Shown in pieces: positions 58,029-64,000 of a stretch of 64,000 bases of DNA. Every line of letters starts with the position of its first letter. The stretch's first letter is position 1. This DNA comes from Gracilinanus agilis (taxonomy: Eukaryota). A program made the translations under genes and the position numbers. The stretch spans positions 616,636,219 through 616,700,218 of the forward strand of contig NC_058132.1 of NCBI RefSeq assembly GCF_016433145.1, given 5' to 3'. The notes beneath the pieces are model-generated. The model saw only the letters and a list, made by a program, of their open reading frames with translations, ran no database searches and was not told the origin of the DNA.

Positions 58029-58132
58029 CTTCAGACCGCCGCGGCCTCCGCTCCGTGGATCACCGGATCCGACTGTTCCTGGACGTGGAGGTGTTCGAGG
58101 ATGTCCAGGAGGAGTTTCAGTGCTACCTCCAG
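58029..58132 (+). CDS. STK11IP: STK11IP coding exon 18
   Basis: SDRRGLRSVDHRIRLFLDVEVFEDVQEEFQCYLQ. Confidence 0.94.
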
Positions 58133-58217
58133 GTGGGACTCGGGGCTGCCCCGGCCTGAGCGCTGCCCGCCGTGCTCCCGGAGCCCTCGGTGACCGCCGG
58201 CCGCTCCTCTCTTCTAG

Positions 58218-58315
58218 GTGCCGGTGGTGGTCCGTGGCCGGGCCGCGGAGGTGCCCTCCCTGGTCGTTGTGTCCGATCTCAGGCTCTACGTGCTCGAGGT
58301 GACGGGGGAGCTGCG
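58218..58315 (+). CDS. STK11IP: STK11IP coding exon 19
   Basis: VPVVVRGRAAEVPSLVVVSDLRLYVLEVTGEL. Confidence 0.93.
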
Positions 58316-58403
58316 GTGAGTGAGCGAGCGGAGGGGAGCCGTGCGGGCGGGCGCGCTTCTGCCCCTCGGCTCAGCCCGCCATGCTTCCTCCCTCTGCCCG
58401 CAG

Positions 58404-58582
58404 GGGCCAGCCTTCGAGCTGGCTGCAGCCGTGCCTCGCCGTCTCCCTGCAGGACCTGAGCCGCCTGGAGCTTGGCCTGGCCGGGCAGAGCCTTCGGCTG
58501 GAGTGGGCAGGGGGCGGGGGCGGCTGTGTCCTGCTGCCCCGCGAGGCCAGATGCTGCCGGGCGTTCCTGGAGGAGCTTGAGG
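58404..58582 (+). CDS. STK11IP: STK11IP coding exon 20
   Basis: GQPSSWLQPCLAVSLQDLSRLELGLAGQSLRLEW...RAFLEELE. Confidence 0.93.
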
Positions 58583-58722
58583 GTGAGAGGGGGAGAGGCC
58601 TGGGGGGCTCTGGAGCGGGGAGTGGGGGTGACCGAGTGTTGGGGAGGCCCCTGGCGGCTCGAGGTGTCTTTCTGGGCCCGGAGCTCCATTGCTCTCCCGA
58701 TCCCCCCTTGGGCTCTCTGCAG

Positions 58723-58804
58723 CCATCCTGCAGGCCCTTCCTCCTGGCCGAAGGTCCCGAGTTAGTGCCACCAAAGAGGAGATGATTCCTGAGCACCGCC
58801 TCTG
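58723..58804 (+). CDS. STK11IP: STK11IP coding exon 21
   Basis: ILQALPPGRRSRVSATKEEMIPEHRLW. Confidence 0.9.
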
Positions 58805-59010
58805 GTGAGTCCTCCGTCCCACGGCCCCCTGGGAACCAAGGGGACCCTGGCCAGCGACGGCGGAGCAGAAGCCCCGCTCCCTGCCTCCATCCTGGCCCCC
58901 CTTCTCTGCCCCGGGGTGCTCCCCCTGCCACTGCCCTTCTCCCCTCCTGTTAAAGCCCCCTACCCAGCTCCCCATGGACGCCCATTCCCTGACGCGGCCC
59001 CTGTCCCCAG

Positions 59011-59081
59011 GCCACTGCTGGGAGCCGACTGTGGCCCCGAGGACCCCCACTTCTTCTACTTGCGGCTATTTCGGATCGAAG
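59011..59081 (+). CDS. STK11IP: STK11IP coding exon 22
   Basis: PLLGADCGPEDPHFFYLRLFRIE. Confidence 0.9.
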
Positions 59082-59457
59082 GTACGGGCAGGGGCGCTGT
59101 GTCTCGTGGCATGTTCTGCTTCTACCTGGGGGGAGCCTTGCTTTGGATGGGGGGAGCAATAGCGTCCCGAGCTTGGCTGGAGCCCTGCTCCGGGGACCAG
59201 TTCCCACCCCCAGGGGCCTGAGGAGCCGCAGAAAGCTGAAGATGGCCCCCAGCCCCGCTTGTGCTTGTCTTGTCACCTCAGCAGCGGCCGTGACCCCCCC
59301 ACCCCTGGGGCTTTAGAAGGAGGGGAGAGCGCCGAGGACAGAGGGGTGGAGGGCGGCCCCCCTCCCGACCCAAAGCGTGTTTGCACCCTTCCGTGGGCCG
59401 GGCCAGGGAGCTCTTCAGCCGCCTCTGCCCAGGCCTCTTGACCTCTTGCCTCTGCAG

Positions 59458-59702
59458 GTGGCTCCGTCTGCCCGGTGTCCCTGTTAATAACTCCATCCAC
59501 CCTGTATCTGCTGGATGAAGACCCCGTGTGGCCTCGGGCCGGGCCTTCTCCAGAGACAGCCAAGGAGGCGTCCCCGGCGGCAGCCCCCTCCAGGCTGGAT
59601 CCTTCTGTCCGCATCCATGAGCAGCAGCCGCTCAGCAGCCTCAACTCCATCCAGGTGTATCGAACAGCCCCGACGGCCTTGCGCCTGGCACTGTACGATG
59701 AG
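59458..59702 (+). CDS. STK11IP: STK11IP coding exon 23
   Basis: GSVCPVSLLITPSTLYLLDED...EQQPLSSL...LRLALYDE. Confidence 0.93.
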
Positions 59703-59945
59703 GTATTCGCAGGGGCCTCGGGAACGGTCGGAGGGAGGACAAGAGGGAATCCAGGAAGACAGAAGAGACGGGGAGCCTCGGCCAGGAGGCGGCCTGGGAA
59801 GGGAATGTCGGGGAATTAGAGTGAATGGGGGGGATTCAGAAGCTTGGAAGGCTGTGACTGCGGGGGGTGCTCGAGGCTTCGGGGTGGGGAAGGATGACGA
59901 GACACTCCGGGTGGCCGTAAGCTCGCCGACTCCTCGGCCCCGCAG

Positions 59946-60095
59946 GTGTTGCGACTGGAGAGTTTTTGGTCTCTTCGTGTTGTGTGTCCCGAACAACTGA
60001 CTGCACTGCTGGACTGGATCCGAGGCCCCTGGGAGGATCTCTTTTCCATTGAACTTCGAGTCCTGACCCGGGAAGCCCTCGATCCTGACCCGTGA
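59946..60095 (+). CDS. STK11IP: STK11IP last coding exon
   Basis: VLRLESFWSLRVVCPEQLTALLDWIRGPWEDLFSIELR...DPDP*; TGA at 60093-95. Confidence 0.94.
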   Translation: MLRLESFWSLRVVCPEQLTALLDWIRGPWEDLFSIELRVLTREALDPDP

Positions 60096-60304
60096 GGCCG
60101 TGGACATAAGCCGACCTCTGGGGTCTCACCTGCTGTGCTCTTCGTGGGCCCGTCGCCTGCCCCGGATGTGCTGGAGGGAAGGACTAGGGTGTGCCGCTGT
60201 GGTCCCTGGGCGGCTCTGACCAGAAGGGGCCAACCAGAGAGAGTGTCCAGGGACCCGCCCATGATGGCCTTTGACAATGGGACATTGAATATTTCTCAGG
60301 TGCC

Positions 60305-60310
60305 AATAAA
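60305..60310 (+). terminator. STK11IP polyA signal AATAAA
   Basis: About 210 nt after the stop, followed by a T-rich tract. Confidence 0.75.
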
Positions 60311-62114
60311 GTTTTTTTCCATTCCTGATGCCTTGGCCACAGCTGGGGAAATGGGGTGGCCAGGGAACTGGCTGGAGTGCCGGAGCTTAGATCAAGCCAA
60401 ATGTCCAGCAGCCTGGGGCCTGGCTTGCCTTCTTCCCTCTTCCCAGACCGAGGGCGGCCATGACAGCTCTGTGGTGTGTGGGACTCTGTTCAGTCAGCAC
60501 ATGAAGTTTATTCAGATTTTCTGTCTCAGTAGTGACGGTATCACTTGTTCCCCCTTCTCAAGGGACCTGCAACACCTCCTTGTTCCATTAGCTACAAGGG
60601 GGCGGTGGATAGCGACCCTTCCTCGGAAGGCCTTTGCTTGCAGAAAAGCCTTTTTGGGTGTTCTGTTCCCTCCGTGGCCCATTTCTAAGCCTCCGGCCAC
60701 AAAAAGTGAGAGTATGTGGCTGGATCGGTGCAAGTTCATCCCCAGCCCTGGAACGACAGCCTGGAGCGCCTGCCCTCTTCCACAGGAGCCCGTGTTCTGA
60801 GGCGTGAACGGGATCATGGATGCAAGAGAGAATTCTCTAACCATGAATTACCACATTGATGGAAAGGCTTTGCTATCAGGGTGGAAGGACAGGAGGGTGT
60901 GGGAGAAGGGGCTGAATACTATCACTGATTCTTGAGGAGGGACTCCAGACCTTCAGCTCCCATCTTGGGACCCCCCCCTTCCCATTGGGAAGCTTTTATC
61001 TTCTCCGAGAAGCAAAGATCCTAAAGGTCAGAGCTGGAAGTGACCCAAGACATCTCTCGTAGACTCCTCTTTTGATTTGTACAGGACGTGACCTAGGACA
61101 CTTACTATAAGCCCTATTTGATTTATACAGGGCTTCGTAAAGCCCTTTATGAATATTTTCTTACTTGATCCTCACAACAATCCTGGGAGTTGGGTACTAT
61201 TATCAGTGAGGAAACTGAGGCAGGGAGTGGTGAAGTGACTTTTCCAGATAACAGCAAATAAGAGTCTGAGGCGGCATTTGAACCCTGGTCTTGCTGACTC
61301 CAGGCCCAGCCCTCTGGGTCCCAGAGCACCATATTATAGCTGCTTCTTGGAGTAGATGAGGGACAGAGCAAGGCTAGTCATTCAGCAGTCACTACTCTTG
61401 ACTTTGAGCTATAATCAACAAGGCAAGGATCCCGGACAATTCCGAGGGACGCATGACAAGAAAGGATATCCACTGCTGGAGAAGGAACAGATGCATCATT
61501 CTTCACTTTCTTTCCTCCATGGATTTTTCTCTAGTGTAAGAAATATGTGTCTTGATGAACAGGGAAATATGTGTTATGTGATAATATATGTATGAGCTAT
61601 ATCATACTACCTGCCTTCTTGAGAAAGAAGGAGAGGTAGAAGGGAGAGGGAAAAAAAAGAAAAATTTTGGGACAGCCAAAGTGAGAATTTGTTTCTTTTG
61701 GAGAAGCACATTTATTATAATGTATCACATATATTATATATGTTACATATATATCTATAACCATTTGTATGTATTCTACATATAAAATTGTATTCATATA
61801 TAATATATTATTAAGTTCATAAAAACCCAAAATGGTAAAAAAAGAAAAGGGCCCACTGATTAAAACTAAATTCCCTGCTCAGAGTAACTGAAATTCCCAT
61901 ATCCTTGGTTTCTTTGGATTAGAGTGATAAGATCCTGTAGCATGGTGGAAGATCTGATCCCCTACTATGGTGTGACTTTGGGCAAGTCCCTTATCCTCTC
62001 TGGCTCCCAGCATCCTCTTTTTTAGAAGGAGGTAGTCAGACCAGAGGATCCTTAAAGATCCCTTCTAGCTCTTAGGTCCCATATTCCTGTGAAGTGGTTC
62101 AAAGACCAGGTTTT

Positions 62115-62312
62115 TTTTCTTGGTTTTTGTTTTTAAACCCTTGCCTTCTGTCTCAGAAACAATACTACATGTTGGTTCCAAGAGCGTTTTACCAAGCGCA
62201 GTAAGAGCTAAGCAATGGGGGTTAAATGACCTGCCCAGGGTCACACAGCTAGAGACCAGATGGACCTTCTGCCTCTGGGTCTGCCTCTCCATCCCCTGAG
62301 CCACCTTGTTGC
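62115..62312 (-). mobile_element. Marsupial SINE
   Basis: Reverse copy. Confidence 0.75.
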
Positions 62313-63221
62313 CTCCTCAAAGGCCAATATTACCAGGGAGCAGAAATAGGAAGGCATAAATGAAATGGGATCCCCTTAAGGCAGAGGAGTTTCTATTTCA
62401 TCCTAGAAGCAATAGGGAGTCATTGGGAGAGAAAGGAGAGGGACGTGACTGTTCTGTACTTTAGGAAAATCATGGCAGCTGTGTGGTGGACCAGTTAGGA
62501 AGTCACTGAAACAGGCCATCCTGAGGTGACGAAGGCCTAAACTTGGTGGGCGGCTATATGAGTCGACAGGAAAGGATACTTGCAATAGATGTAGAAGCTT
62601 CTGGATTTGGCAAGTAATTGGATGTTGGAGGGGAGGAATGAGGAAGAAATCAGTCAATCACTGGCTTCTACGAACACTGCAGGAAGGGGGAACTTTATGA
62701 AACGAGCTAAATCATCCCTAATGGGGCCTTGGGAGAGGGTGGTTTAAAGGGATGGAGTTGGAAACAAAGTATGGCACACGAGGCCCTGATGAATGAGGGC
62801 ACCGGGTTAAGAAAGGGAACAGAAAGGAAGATGGAAATGTGCCAAAAAGAAACCTCACCTACTTCGGTTTTGCTTAAGGCAGGCCCTGAATGCTCCACTT
62901 AATTTTTTTTTCCACAGTGAAATTTTAATGAACAAAATTAAAACCTTCCCCAAATATTAGCTTACATTTAGCATTGGGCACAGATAGCATCCCTTCTGGC
63001 TTCGGTGATTTTATAGGAATGGGGCCTGGACCTGTGATTTTATTGGGTGTCTTCCTCTACCAATACAGATGAACACTGTAGTCTCAGAGAATTACCTAGA
63101 GGGCACCGAGAAGTTCACTTACTTATCAGGGTCACACAGCCAATACGTGCCAGGGGCTGGACGATGATTTTGTAATTTAGGAACTAGAGCAAGTATTTCT
63201 CACTGTTAAGAGTGTTGCTCT

Positions 63222-63420
63222 GGGGAGCAGCTCAGTGACTCAGTGGATTGAAAGCCAGGCCTAGAGACAGGAGGTCCTGGGTTCAAGTCTGAACTCATAC
63301 ACTTCCTAGCTGTGTGACCCTGGGCAAGTCACTTAATCCCCCACTGCTTAGTCCTAACTGTTCTTCTGTTTTATACATAGTATTGATTCTAAGTTGGAAG
63401 GTAAGGGCTAAAAAAAAAGT
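63222..63420 (+). mobile_element. Marsupial SINE
   Basis: Near full-length copy with A tail. Confidence 0.8.
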
Positions 63421-64000
63421 CTTTGCCTCTCAAAACTACTTTAAAAATCCATTTGAGGTCTTGTGATAGTTTGCAGATGACAAGGTTCAAACGAAGAAGA
63501 GACCTTAGAGATCATCTAATATTGCCCTCTCATTTTTGTCCAAAGACACCCAATAAGCAAAAACTCCAGGTGCTCAGACTCTGTCCCAGGACACTTTACA
63601 CACTACATAATGAGATGGGTAAGATTAGAGAATTAGACTTGCAGTCAGTGAAATCTATAAATCAATTAATTAATAATAATTAAAATAAAGTGTGTCTCAG
63701 TTTCCTCATCTACAAAACTGGGATAATAATGGTACATACCTTATAGGGATGCTCTGAGGATTTAATGAAATAAAACATGGAAAGCATTCTGCATTACCTT
63801 CCAGTGTTTAAGTGCTAGTTATTATTATCACTCTATGATGCCTTTCAGACACTGACTTGGAAGGAGAGAATAACAGTCATCTGATGGGATGAGATCAAGT
63901 ATTGTGACCAAGTAGCATAATTGCCTCTGATTTGCAAACATTTAAGGGCATGTATTGGTTATTTGAATAAAAGCTACTGTATGTCCATTCCCTTAGTGGG

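Overview
Mammalian genomic DNA, almost certainly marsupial and opossum-like, judged from about 20 copies of a CORE/MIR-derived SINE with a marsupial-type 3' tail. It carries the conserved gene block (CHPF promoter side) - TMEM198(+) - OBSL1(-) - INHA(+) - STK11IP(+). I assembled all four coding structures by hand with GT-AG sites and consistent phases: TMEM198, 4 coding exons, 360 aa; OBSL1, 22 exons, about 2027 aa; INHA, 2 exons, about 361 aa; STK11IP, 24 coding exons, about 1069 aa. There is one 239-nt N gap in the INHA intron. I saw no tRNA, rRNA or CRISPR array. The most notable structure is in OBSL1: five exactly 273-bp phase-1/1 Ig exons, where I recall four in human. They are unusually alike, one looks mosaic, and two introns share collinear sequence, which suggests lineage-specific duplication or conversion. 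Other leads are candidate unannotated OBSL1 cassette, poison and terminal exons, an in-frame TMEM198 uORF separated from the main ORF by a single UGA-C, a two-variant 34-bp minisatellite carrying GGAATG motifs, an RFX X-box overlapping the STK11IP ATG, and a split CxxC...CxxC motif in STK11IP. Comparisons with human come from recalled sequences, not from searches. Repeat boundaries and family names are approximate. I found no evidence for a wholly new multi-gene system.
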